From IMG/VR virus record IMGVR_UViG_3300045988_004821: 64,000 bases of DNA, one strand, 5' to 3'. This document shows, one piece after another, positions 9,335-16,495 of the stretch. Origin of the DNA: a virus (Duplodnaviria; Heunggongvirae; Uroviricota; Caudoviricetes). Position numbers and translations under genes: made by a program. The notes beneath the pieces were generated by a model. It was not told where the DNA came from and did not search any database. It saw only the letters and a program-made list of their open reading frames with translations. The number at the start of each line of letters is the position of its first letter. Positions within the stretch are counted from its first letter, which is position 1.

Positions 9335-9799
9335 TTACTTTGGATATACACTGTCAAGATAAATGTTAGCTTCCATTCTACGTCTGTTTTTCAGGCCGTT
9401 TGAAGTGACCTTCTCACCTTTGACTGTAATCTTGTTCCACCACTGCATAGCTTCTGCACAACCTACCTTATTACCATCATTGTGGCGCTTGATAAATGTA
9501 GAGTCCTGCATAGCTGTGATGCCAATGTTGTATGTTTCACTTACAAGTGCATCAAACTCGTTCTGAGAAGTTGGAACCTTGATGGCTTTGTTCACTGCTG
9601 CAACGAACTTTTCAACATCTGCGAGAAGATACTGTTCAGCTTGTTCAGCGGTAATCTTCATACCCATCTTAACAGGTTTGCCAGCAATACGGATTGTCCC
9701 ATACCCAATTGTGGGGATTCCAGCAGAATCTTCGTAAGCCTCCAGCTTGAGACCTTCAAAGAACTTAATAGCTTCTAAACCTTTTCTTGAGAGTTGCAT
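9335..9799 (-). CDS. phage lysozyme / endolysin (GH24, T4-lysozyme type)
   Basis: N-terminal EGLKLEAYEDSAGIPTIGYG matches the catalytic Glu/Asp/Thr region of T4/P22-type lysozymes. Confidence 0.8.
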   Translation of the reverse strand: MQLSRKGLEAIKFFEGLKLEAYEDSAGIPTIGYGTIRIAGKPVKMGMKITAEQAEQYLLADVEKFVAAVNKAIKVPTSQNEFDALVSETYNIGITAMQDSTFIKRHNDGNKVGCAEAMQWWNKITVKGEKVTSNGLKNRRRMEANIYLDSVYPK

Positions 9800-10935
9800 T
9801 ATGCCCCTCCTGCTGGGTTAACTGTAACTGTTGCTGCATTAGATGTTACAGAGCCACCTGCACCAGTCACTACGCAAGTGTAGCTTCCTGTATCAGTAGT
9901 GGTTGCACCTTCTTTGGTGTAAGTTGCAGTTGTTGCGTCTGGGATGTCTTCCTCACCCTTCTTCCACTGATAACCTGTTGCACCTGTTGCTACAACGTTG
10001 AGTGTCAATGTCTCACCTTCGGTGATTTCCTGATTGGTTGGTTGTTGAGTGATTACCGGAAGAGCATTAACAGTAACTGTCGCTGCATTAGAAGTAACTG
10101 TTGTACCACCTGCACCAGTAACTACACAGGTATATGAACCAGCATCAGCAGGGGCTGCTTTAGCTTTCGTGTAAGTTGCACCAGTTGCACTAGGGATGTT
10201 CACATTGTCTTTCTTCCATTGGTAACCTGTTGCACCTGTTGCAGCCACTTCCAAGTTGATATTTCCACCCTCATTGATGGTCTGACTAGAAGGTTGCTGT
10301 GTAATCACAGGTAGTGCATTAACAGTAACTGTTGCCGCGTCTGAAGTAACACTTGTCCCAGCCTCTCCAGATACAACACAAGTATATGAACCAGCATCAG
10401 AAGGTACTACAGACTGTTTTGTGTAGGTTGCAGATGTGGCGCTAGTGATATCCTCACCATCTTTTTTCCATTGATATCCAGTGGCATTAGTTGCAATAAC
10501 GCTTAGGTTAAGTGTACCACCTTCATTTACTGTTTGATTGGTTGGTTGCTGAGTGATTGCTGGTGGCTTGATAGCATCCTTCAACTTAGCATTCAACATT
10601 GAGAATGGTTTAACTCTTGCCAACCATTCACAATAAACTGTATCAACGTCTTTACCATTGATAATTGCATATTGTAAGTCCATGAAGAAGTCAGAAGTTC
10701 TCATTTGAGCACCAACGCTGTAAAGCAACTCATCACTAAATGGGACTTTGTAGTCTGGTTTGTAGTCAAACTTCTCAACTTCTGCGATATCAGCTTCAGG
10801 CCAATATGAGCTATAGGTGAGTGGTAAAATAGCCTCTTGATATGTTCTAAAATCATATCTCTTACCAGCCTTTACATTTGCAACGAAGCCCTTCACAAAC
10901 TCTTTGAAGTCTGGGTAAGTCTTTGCTTTAATCAT
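9799..10935 (-). CDS. protein with N-terminal domain plus three tandem Ig-like repeats (378 aa)
   Basis: Three ~88-aa repeats each with YQWKK and GSYTCVV motifs; N-terminal 125 aa paralogous to the adjacent 123-aa protein. Confidence 0.6.
   Translation of the reverse strand: MIKAKTYPDFKEFVKGFVANVKAGKRYDFRTYQEAILPLTYSSYWPEADIAEVEKFDYKPDYKVPFSDELLYSVGAQMRTSDFFMDLQYAIINGKDVDTVYCEWLARVKPFSMLNAKLKDAIKPPAITQQPTNQTVNEGGTLNLSVIATNATGYQWKKDGEDITSATSATYTKQSVVPSDAGSYTCVVSGEAGTSVTSDAATVTVNALPVITQQPSSQTINEGGNINLEVAATGATGYQWKKDNVNIPSATGATYTKAKAAPADAGSYTCVVTGAGGTTVTSNAATVTVNALPVITQQPTNQEITEGETLTLNVVATGATGYQWKKGEEDIPDATTATYTKEGATTTDTGSYTCVVTGAGGSVTSNAATVTVNPAGGA
9805..10560 (-). repeat. three tandem ~250-bp coding repeats (Ig-like domain units)
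   Basis: Repeated PVITQQP..GYQWKK..GSYTCVV..ATVTVNA units in the translation. Confidence 0.6.
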
Positions 10936-11303
10936 TTCTTTTTAGCCTCTAAATGTGCGTTTAGTCTAAAATAACCTTTGTGATGCGGAGATACATCACC
11001 AACAACAATGCCTTTAACCTTATAACCTTTACCAATTACATACTGGATATCCATAAGGAATCTTCCAAGTCCAACAATATGGAACATTGGATATAATAGG
11101 TTCTCAGAATCTGGAATATTGATTTCAGGTTTGTAGGTGCGTTGTTCGATTGTTGGTGTAATATCTTCTTCAGGCCATTTACTGAGTCTCCATGTCAAAG
11201 GTGTTGGGATAACATCATTAAGGTTGTACCTTTCACCATTTTGCACGGAATTGATATAGGATTGTAGGAAGCAATAAAAGTCTTTTGCACTCTTAGCTTT
11301 CAT
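10932..11303 (-). CDS. hypothetical protein, paralogue of N-terminal domain of the Ig-repeat protein (123 aa)
   Basis: Shared motifs KAK, GxRY, PLT, WPExDI, YKP, LLY, FMDLQYxI, LNAxL. Confidence 0.55.
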   Translation of the reverse strand: MKAKSAKDFYCFLQSYINSVQNGERYNLNDVIPTPLTWRLSKWPEEDITPTIEQRTYKPEINIPDSENLLYPMFHIVGLGRFLMDIQYVIGKGYKVKGIVVGDVSPHHKGYFRLNAHLEAKKK

Positions 11304-11350
11304 TAAATATCCTTATAAATAGTTAAAGGGGCATCAGCCCCTATTCACAC

Positions 11351-11941
11351 TTAAGCTTTGGTCTTAAGTAGGTTCTTAAGTTTTTTAAGATTCATACTCT
11401 CATCAAACTTAAAACCAAATCCATTGACATAATCAATGAACTCGGATTTCTTACTGAGTGACAATGCGTAACTCATATCAAAGTTCTTACTTGTTTCTGC
11501 GTCTGGACTAGAGTTCACATCAAATGAAATTTCTGTAGGCTCTTGCTTACTTTTTCTCATATTATCAACCAACAAACATGTATAGTTTGCTGGATAGAAA
11601 TTTACACTACCATCAACGTAGCTGTACTTATTATTATGGATAAGGTTTGAAAATACCTTAAGGAATGTTTCTGAGTCGTGGCAAACAAGTTTGAATTGGC
11701 TGCTCTCTCCAAGCGCAACTAATGAGTACGGACTTTCACTATCAAAGTCATAATTTGGATTCGATGCCGTTACTGTTACACGCATCAAATTATTAGCAAT
11801 AGTCTTCTGTTTAAAAGAATTTTGAACATAGTGAAGACCTCTATCACACTGATTGACTAGCTCTTTAAGTAGGTCATTTGCATATGGCGAATTAATTGAT
11901 ACAGAGCCATCACTATTGTAATTAAAACTTACTGTTAACAT
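11351..11941 (-). CDS. hypothetical protein (196 aa)
   Basis: Minus-strand ORF. Confidence 0.5.
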   Translation of the reverse strand: MLTVSFNYNSDGSVSINSPYANDLLKELVNQCDRGLHYVQNSFKQKTIANNLMRVTVTASNPNYDFDSESPYSLVALGESSQFKLVCHDSETFLKVFSNLIHNNKYSYVDGSVNFYPANYTCLLVDNMRKSKQEPTEISFDVNSSPDAETSKNFDMSYALSLSKKSEFIDYVNGFGFKFDESMNLKKLKNLLKTKA

Positions 11942-12168
11942 TTTTCAGTTCTCCTGCGATTTATAATTTTGCTGCAATAGAGAAACGAAGTAAACTCACT
12001 GGAAGAAACCATTAAGTGTTGTTCACTAGATTGAGCCATTGCCCTGAAATACATTCCAGTCAAAGCATCATAGTGACTATTCTTTCCAATTGAGGTTATA
12101 TAGCCATGACTCTTTGCAGTTTGATATAAATCTATAATATCTGCGATTTCTAATTGGGAACTACACAT
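11935..12168 (-). CDS. hypothetical protein (77 aa)
   Basis: Minus-strand ORF. Confidence 0.4.
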   Translation of the reverse strand: MCSSQLEIADIIDLYQTAKSHGYITSIGKNSHYDALTGMYFRAMAQSSEQHLMVSSSEFTSFLYCSKIINRRRTEKC

Positions 12169-12332
12169 AGATAATCCTCTTGTCTTCTGTAATTTTGAAA
12201 GAACAGGTACAGACCAATTTCAGAGGACGAATAGTAGATTAATTCTACCCTTTTTGATTCCTTACAGTGATTGGTATTCTTACCTTTCTTCGGTTTATTT
12301 GATTTTCTCATTAAGTCTCCTTTGTAGGACAA
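12150..12332 (-). CDS. possible small basic protein (60 aa)
   Basis: Short ORF at head of operon; weak. Confidence 0.25.
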   Translation of the reverse strand: MSYKGDLMRKSNKPKKGKNTNHCKESKRVELIYYSSSEIGLYLFFQNYRRQEDYLCVVPN

Positions 12333-12410
12333 GGCAGACCTACAGCTTTAAGTAAGATGGTACAGTAATCCATACAACAAGTCAAGAACTATTGCAAGTT
12401 AAAAAAGTTG

Positions 12411-12445
12411 TTGACAAAGTACTTGACAAGGTGTAGGCTTATAAA
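12411..12445. promoter_or_regulatory. tandem TTGACA box (TTGACAAAGTACTTGACAAGGTG) in divergent intergenic region
   Basis: Same tandem box recurs at 54456-54478 and in similar form at 1376-1393; palindromes AGATATCT nearby. Confidence 0.4.
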
Positions 12446-12560
12446 TACTTAGAAGATAACTTAAAAGGTTCCTCTAAAAAGGCTATTTAAACAGATATCT
12501 TTCTGGATATCTATCTTTTATCTTAAAAGCCTTTTAAGAGGTCTTATAAGAGGCATACCA

Positions 12561-12932
12561 ATGAAAAACAGAACAAACAAAGGCCAGTTTAAAAAAGGCC
12601 AGTCTGGAAACCCATCTGGAAGACCAAAAGGCTCACGTAACAAAAGTTCACTTGTAAAAGCTCAACTGACCATTGATAATTCTGCTGAGTTTGCTGCAAA
12701 GTTGTTTGAGGCGGTTGTTACAAGGGATGCTGCTAAGCTTGCAGAGTTCGGTTTGACGACTGACGATGTAAACCTGAAGTCGATGATGGAGGCTGGTAAA
12801 ACCATCATGACTCACTCAGCAGGTGAGATGAAAGCGATTGCAGCAGACACTAAGAAGACCCCTGATAATGGTGGTCAGTCTCAGACAGATAACAAACCAA
12901 CGTTCTCTGCTGTTGCAACCCTCAAAAAATAA
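12561..12932 (+). CDS. hypothetical protein with AT-hook-like N-terminal motif (123 aa)
   Basis: N-terminus KGQSGNPSGRPKGSRNK (GRP core flanked by basic residues); SD AAGAGG upstream. Confidence 0.5.
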   Translation: MKNRTNKGQFKKGQSGNPSGRPKGSRNKSSLVKAQLTIDNSAEFAAKLFEAVVTRDAAKLAEFGLTTDDVNLKSMMEAGKTIMTHSAGEMKAIAADTKKTPDNGGQSQTDNKPTFSAVATLKK

Positions 12933-13013
12933 TTTTAAAAGATGTTGACAGGCTCTACAAAGTTGCTCTAAAGTCTGTCACATCAAACAACAAATGAGAG
13001 AAGAGAGTAAAAT

Positions 13014-14429
13014 ATGAGCGAATTATTTAAACATGCGCACCTTCATGCAGGTCGAACTGAAAATGGTGCTGTAAACCATACTTCATCAATGTCTGCTCTT
13101 GTGGACTTTTACAAAGCTGCTGGTTCCAGCCGTAGCAATGTAGAAATCTTACCAGACCTGTTCTACAAAGCTTTGCGTGAGGATGTTGATGTTGCAGTTC
13201 GTATTTTACTGCATATGCGAGATGTACGAGAAGGTATGGGTGAGCGTAAAGCCTTCAGAACTGTTTTGCTTCAAGCGATTGAAGACAAAGTTTTAGAACC
13301 TGTACAGGTTCTTCGCATTATGGATAAGATTGCAGAACTTGGTCGTTTTGATGACTTCAAAATCTTCGTAGGTACTCGTTTCGAGACAGATGCCTTCAAA
13401 CATTTAGAAGCAGCATTACTAGACCCTGCAACAGCAGGTTTGGCGGCTAAGTGGTTACCACGAGTCAAACCACGTCATAAGCAGTTTGTAAAACGTTTCT
13501 GCAAGTTTGCCAACTTAAGTGAGAAAGAGTACCGCACACTGTTGTCTGCACTATCTGATACAGTTGAGCAAAAAATCTCTGCTAATGAGTTTGGTAAGAT
13601 TGACTACAGTAAGATTCCTTCACTTGCTGCTGCACGTTACCAAAAACTGTTTAACCGTAAAGATGGAGAACGCTACAAAGCTTACATCGAGTCATTATCA
13701 AAGGGTGAGGCTAAGATTAATGCTGGTGCTGTTTACCCATACGATGTGATTAAATCTGTTAAGTATGGTAATGCAGATGTTGCTAATGAGCAGTGGAAAG
13801 CACTACCAAACTGGATGGCAGAGGGTGAGAACATTTTGTGTATGACTGATGTCTCAAGCTCAATGTCTTGGGTGAATTTCGGTTCAATCACTGCTCTTGA
13901 TATTGGTGTATCTCTTGCACTGTATGTAGCAGAACGCAATACTGGTTGTTTTAAAAATGAGTCAATGGTTTATTCAACAAACCCTCACTTCATCGAACTG
14001 AGTGGTGATTTACGAAACCGTCATCGTCAGGTAATGCGTTATACTGAATATGGTTCAACTAACTTACAAGCAGCTTTTGACCGTATTCTTGAGACAGGTA
14101 AAAGAAACAACTTGACTCAGAAAGATATGCCAAGTAAGCTTATCATCTTCTCCGATATGGAGTTCAATCAGGTTGATGGAGCTAACGGTCGTACAAACTT
14201 TGAAGCAATTCAGAGTAAGTACAAAAAAGCTGGATATGAGATGCCACAACTGGTATTCTGGTACTTAGCAAACCGTAATGGTACTTGCGAAGTATCTGTT
14301 AAGGATAACGGTGTAGCAATGGTATCAGGGTTCTCTCCAGCCACTTTAAAAGCTCTGCTTGGTGGTGAGAAGTTTGACCCAATCAGCGTAATGCTCAAAG
14401 CAGTAATGATTGACCGTTATATCTGGTAA
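13014..14429 (+). CDS. VWA-domain protein with N-terminal helical domain; Ro60 (TROVE-VWA) / DUF2828-like architecture
   Basis: Intact MIDAS motif DVSSSMS in the C-terminal half; N-terminal TENGA motif; 471 aa; sits directly upstream of the tRNA array. Confidence 0.5.
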   Translation: MSELFKHAHLHAGRTENGAVNHTSSMSALVDFYKAAGSSRSNVEILPDLFYKALREDVDVAVRILLHMRDVREGMGERKAFRTVLLQAIEDKVLEPVQVLRIMDKIAELGRFDDFKIFVGTRFETDAFKHLEAALLDPATAGLAAKWLPRVKPRHKQFVKRFCKFANLSEKEYRTLLSALSDTVEQKISANEFGKIDYSKIPSLAAARYQKLFNRKDGERYKAYIESLSKGEAKINAGAVYPYDVIKSVKYGNADVANEQWKALPNWMAEGENILCMTDVSSSMSWVNFGSITALDIGVSLALYVAERNTGCFKNESMVYSTNPHFIELSGDLRNRHRQVMRYTEYGSTNLQAAFDRILETGKRNNLTQKDMPSKLIIFSDMEFNQVDGANGRTNFEAIQSKYKKAGYEMPQLVFWYLANRNGTCEVSVKDNGVAMVSGFSPATLKALLGGEKFDPISVMLKAVMIDRYIW

Positions 14430-14447
14430 AAAGTTTTAAAAAGGGTA

Positions 14448-14476
14448 TTGACAATGTGTTTAATACCCTTTAATAT
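14448..14476 (+). promoter_or_regulatory. sigma70-type promoter (TTGACA-17-TAATAT) upstream of tRNA array
   Basis: Consensus -35, 17-bp spacer, near-consensus -10, A/T-rich upstream tract; a second TTGACA box at 14539. Confidence 0.6.
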
Positions 14477-14594
14477 GTTCTACATAGAAACGAAATGAGA
14501 GCTTTTCTAAGATACTGAAAAATATTTTAAAAAAGTTCTTGACAACCACTAAAAAATAATGTTAAAGTGGTTACATAGAGTTTGAAAAGTTTAT

Positions 14595-14671
14595 CTCTGT
14601 TTAGCTCAGCTTGGTAGAGCGTTCCGTTTGGGGCGGTAAGGCCGGAGGTTCAAGTCCTCCAACAGAGACCA
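14595..14671 (+). tRNA. tRNA-Pro (anticodon TGG)
   Basis: Cloverleaf by eye: acceptor CTCTGTT/AACAGAG, D-arm GCTC..GAGC, T-arm GGAGG-TTCAAGT-CCTCC, encoded CCA; one mismatch in anticodon stem. Confidence 0.6.
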
Positions 14672-14678
14672 AATTAAT

Positions 14679-14756
14679 GTTCCAGTAGACAAAATGGTAA
14701 AGTCACCACTCTTTCAAAGTGGATATTTGAGGGTTCAAATCCCTTCTGGAACGCCA
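14679..14756 (+). tRNA. tRNA-Glu (anticodon TTC)
   Basis: Acceptor GTTCCAG/CTGGAAC, anticodon arm CCACT-CTTTCAA-AGTGG, T-loop TTCAAAT, CCA encoded. Confidence 0.7.
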
Positions 14757-14762
14757 GTTTTG

Positions 14763-14837
14763 ACAGAAGACCAATTACAGCAAACTTAATCTACTCATCT
14801 GAAAGTTAATCGGACAAAGAAGATATTTGGTCTGGTC
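14763..14837 (+). ncRNA. stem-closed spacer element, copy a (AGACCAA..TTGGTCT arms, TTACAGCAA box)
   Basis: One of four copies with conserved ACAGAAGACC..TTACAGCAA 5' end and GGTCTGG 3' end; arm sequence covaries between copies. Confidence 0.4.
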
Positions 14838-14846
14838 ATTAAGAAT

Positions 14847-14923
14847 TGCGGGTATAGAGAAAGGGCGTCTCACATGTCTCATTAGCATGGTATCGGCAGG
14901 TTCGACTCCTGCACCCGCCTCCA
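14847..14923 (+). tRNA. tRNA with CAT anticodon (Met or Ile-lysidine), position 1:72 unpaired
   Basis: Anticodon arm CATGT-CTCATTA-GCATG, T-arm GCAGG-TTCGACT-CCTGC, CCA encoded; T1 opposite C72. Confidence 0.5.
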
Positions 14924-14928
14924 AATTT

Positions 14929-14996
14929 ACAGAAGACCGTTTACAGCAATATTTATTAAATTTTTAGCGGAAAAAATTGAAATATACGGTCTGGTA
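14929..14996 (+). ncRNA. stem-closed spacer element, copy b (AGACCGT..ACGGTCT arms)
   Basis: Same architecture as copy a with compensatory arm change CAA/TTG to CGT/ACG. Confidence 0.4.
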
Positions 14997-15007
14997 ATAC
15001 TAAACAT

Positions 15008-15084
15008 GGTTAGGAAGCACATAAGGTATGTGCGGTCGCCTGTTAAGCGAATGGCACAGGGTTCGAATCCCTGACTAACCGCCA
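15008..15084 (+). tRNA. tRNA-Asn (anticodon GTT)
   Basis: D-arm GCAC..GTGC, anticodon loop CTGTTAA, T-arm CAGGG-TTCGAAT-CCCTG, CCA encoded. Confidence 0.7.
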
Positions 15085-15093
15085 AATTTAAAT

Positions 15094-15181
15094 GTGTCGT
15101 TATCCCGTAGATGGTAGCGGTGGGGACTGTAAATCCCTTGTCATTGAGACTCGGTAGGTTCGACTCCTACACGGCACACCA
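15094..15181 (+). tRNA. tRNA-Tyr (anticodon GTA), long variable arm
   Basis: 88 nt; anticodon arm GGGGA-CTGTAAA-TCCCT; T-arm GTAGG-TTCGACT-CCTAC; CCA encoded. Confidence 0.7.
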
Positions 15182-15186
15182 ATAAA

Positions 15187-15264
15187 GGTTATGTAGTTTA
15201 ATTTGGTTAAAATACTCCCCTGTCACGGGAGATGATGAGGGTTCAAATCCCTTCGTAACCGCCA
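15187..15264 (+). tRNA. tRNA-Asp (anticodon GTC)
   Basis: Anticodon arm CTCCC-CTGTCAC-GGGAG; acceptor GGTTATG/CGTAACC; CCA encoded. Confidence 0.7.
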
Positions 15265-15292
15265 ATTTTGAGAGGGCTATTTAGCCCCTCCC

Positions 15293-15320
15293 TTAAAGGG
15301 TTCTTACGAGTATCCTTTAA
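15293..15320 (+). promoter_or_regulatory. conserved hairpin TTAAAGG-[GTTCTTACGAGTAT]-CCTTTAA
   Basis: Second copy at 18407-18430 has the same 14-nt loop (1-2 changes) and a covarying stem (TAAGG/CCTTA). Confidence 0.45.
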
Positions 15321-15325
15321 AGGAG

Positions 15326-15400
15326 CAGAAGACCAAATACAGCAAGTTACTTAAAATTTCAAGCCAATTTAATTTTGAAAAATTTAAAACTTGGTCTGGC
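15326..15400 (+). ncRNA. stem-closed spacer element, copy c (AGACCAA..TTGGTCT arms)
   Basis: Conserved 5' CAGAAGACC..ACAGCAA and 3' GGTCTGG ends. Confidence 0.4.
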
Positions 15401-15411
15401 TCAACAAATTT

Positions 15412-15545
15412 ACAGAAGACCGTTTACAGCAAAACTTAAACAATCTATTTCTCGGTAAAGAAAAGGCGAAGGTTCGATTCCTTCACTCGGCAGATGTCGA
15501 GTTGGTGTAATGGTAGCACTTAAGATGATAAACAACGGTCTGGTA
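15412..15545 (+). ncRNA. stem-closed element, copy d, containing a circularly permuted tRNA-like module (Y-RNA-like candidate)
   Basis: Outer arms AGACCGTT/AACGGTCT; inside, T-arm GAAGG-TTCGATT-CCTTC, then acceptor-like 7-bp stem ACTCGGC/GTCGAGT closed by loop AGAT, then TG and D-arm GTGT-AATGGTA-GCAC. Confidence 0.45.
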
Positions 15546-15688
15546 ATTATCTTTGTAGATAAGTTATTAAGCTTACCTGTGAGTATGCGACCACAAAGGG
15601 TGAAAGGGTAAATTCTAGATTTAAACCCAAAAAGGCACATCGCTACAGACCTTAAGCAAGTCTGGGTAGCTTATCTACAAAGATAATT
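15545..15688 (+). ncRNA. element bounded by a perfect 19-bp inverted repeat (AATTATCTTTGTAGATAAG / CTTATCTACAAAGATAATT) with 106-nt interior
   Basis: Perfect inverted repeat at 15545-15563 and 15670-15688; interior has a nested hairpin CTACAGAC..GTCTGGGTAG; abuts tRNA-Lys. Confidence 0.35.
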
Positions 15689-15692
15689 TAAT

Positions 15693-15768
15693 GGAAGTGT
15701 AGCAGAATGGTGATGCGGCAGACTTTTAATCTGACAGGCGATGGGTTCGAATCCCTCCACTTCTACCA
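15693..15768 (+). tRNA. tRNA-Lys (anticodon TTT)
   Basis: Acceptor GGAAGTG/CACTTCT, anticodon loop CTTTTAA, T-loop TTCGAAT, CCA encoded; T-stem has a bulge. Confidence 0.6.
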
Positions 15769-15772
15769 ATAT

Positions 15773-15849
15773 GGTTCAGTCGCAGATAAGGTAATGCAAG
15801 GGTCTCATAAGCCCTATGAATGTGGGTTCGATTCCCATCTGAACCTCCA
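15773..15849 (+). tRNA. tRNA with CAT anticodon (Met / Ile-lysidine / initiator-like GGG:CCC anticodon stem)
   Basis: Anticodon arm AGGGT-CTCATAA-GCCCT; acceptor GGTTCAG/CTGAACC; CCA encoded. Confidence 0.6.
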
Positions 15850-15850
15850 A

Positions 15851-15926
15851 GCTGGTATAGTTAAGAAGGTTATAACACTCCCCTGATAAGGGAACATCGG
15901 TGGTTCGATTCCACCTACCAGTACCA
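15851..15926 (+). tRNA. tRNA-Ile (anticodon GAT)
   Basis: D-arm GTTA..TAAC, anticodon loop CTGATAA, T-arm GGTGG-TTCGATT-CCACC, CCA encoded. Confidence 0.7.
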
Positions 15927-15941
15927 ATTTCAATAAAGTTG

Positions 15942-15970
15942 TTGACATTGAGATGTGACTACTTTATAGT
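15942..15970 (+). promoter_or_regulatory. sigma70-type promoter (TTGACA-17-TATAGT) inside tRNA array
   Basis: Consensus -35, 17-bp spacer, TATAGT -10, A/T-rich upstream. Confidence 0.6.
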
Positions 15971-16174
15971 AACCTTAGTTTTCGTTGCGTAGCGTCTATT
16001 TTGCAAATTTAAAATAAATGCAAACGACAATGTTTTTCTGGCAGTAGCTTGATAGGCTAAACACCAGTGAGGTCTTCCAATCCCTCATCAAAGAATTTGG
16101 CGTACTCGCCCACGGTATGATTAATAAGGTGGGCATCTTTAAGGGCTTTCTAAGAGAGTCTTTAAAGATAATTA

Positions 16175-16256
16175 CGGGGCGTATCTCAGCGGTCTTCTAA
16201 ACCGCCGTTAACCGAGTAAGTGGAGTATGCGGGTTCGAGTCCTGCCGCCTCGACCA
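16175..16256 (+). tRNA. atypical tRNA-like element (acceptor/T-arm minihelix; hairpin with TCT in a 7-nt loop where the D-arm should be; possibly degenerate tRNA-Arg)
   Basis: Acceptor CGGGGCG/CGCCTCG, T-arm GCGGG-TTCGAGT-CCTGC, CCA encoded, but no canonical D-arm and no anticodon arm at the expected position. Confidence 0.35.
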
Positions 16257-16399
16257 ATTTAGTTAGCAGATTACTTAGACGACCTTATCGGGTCTTCCTG
16301 TAGGGAGGTGGTCTGTATCTCATGTTTTCCAGAACATGTAAATAATCTGAGAAGGGGCTTTACAGTGTTGAGATAATACGGTAAGCTTCGAATTATAGT

Positions 16400-16482
16400 A
16401 TGGGACGATGTTAAGACTCTAAGGCATGAGCAACGGCTTCCAACACCGTTTCAAAGGGGTTCAACTCCTCCGTCCCATGCCA
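16400..16482 (+). tRNA. tRNA-Trp (anticodon CCA) with extended D region
   Basis: Perfect acceptor ATGGGAC/GTCCCAT, anticodon arm ACGGC-TTCCAAC-ACCGT, T-loop TTCAACT, CCA encoded; D region about 7 nt longer than canonical. Confidence 0.5.
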
Positions 16483-16495
16483 AAGTCTTATTAGG

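Noticed and set aside
15461-15520. An additional conventional tRNA gene at the T-arm-like sequence GAAGGTTCGATTCCTTC
   Set aside because: No complementary 5' acceptor strand exists upstream; the T-arm is followed by an acceptor-like stem closed by a loop and then a D-arm, so it is a permuted tRNA-like module, not a standard tRNA.
15410-15640. 76-aa minus-strand ORF in the tRNA spacer
   Set aside because: It overlaps the structured element d and the 19-bp inverted repeat, has no ribosome-binding site and sits antisense within an RNA-gene array; the region is better explained as non-coding RNA.
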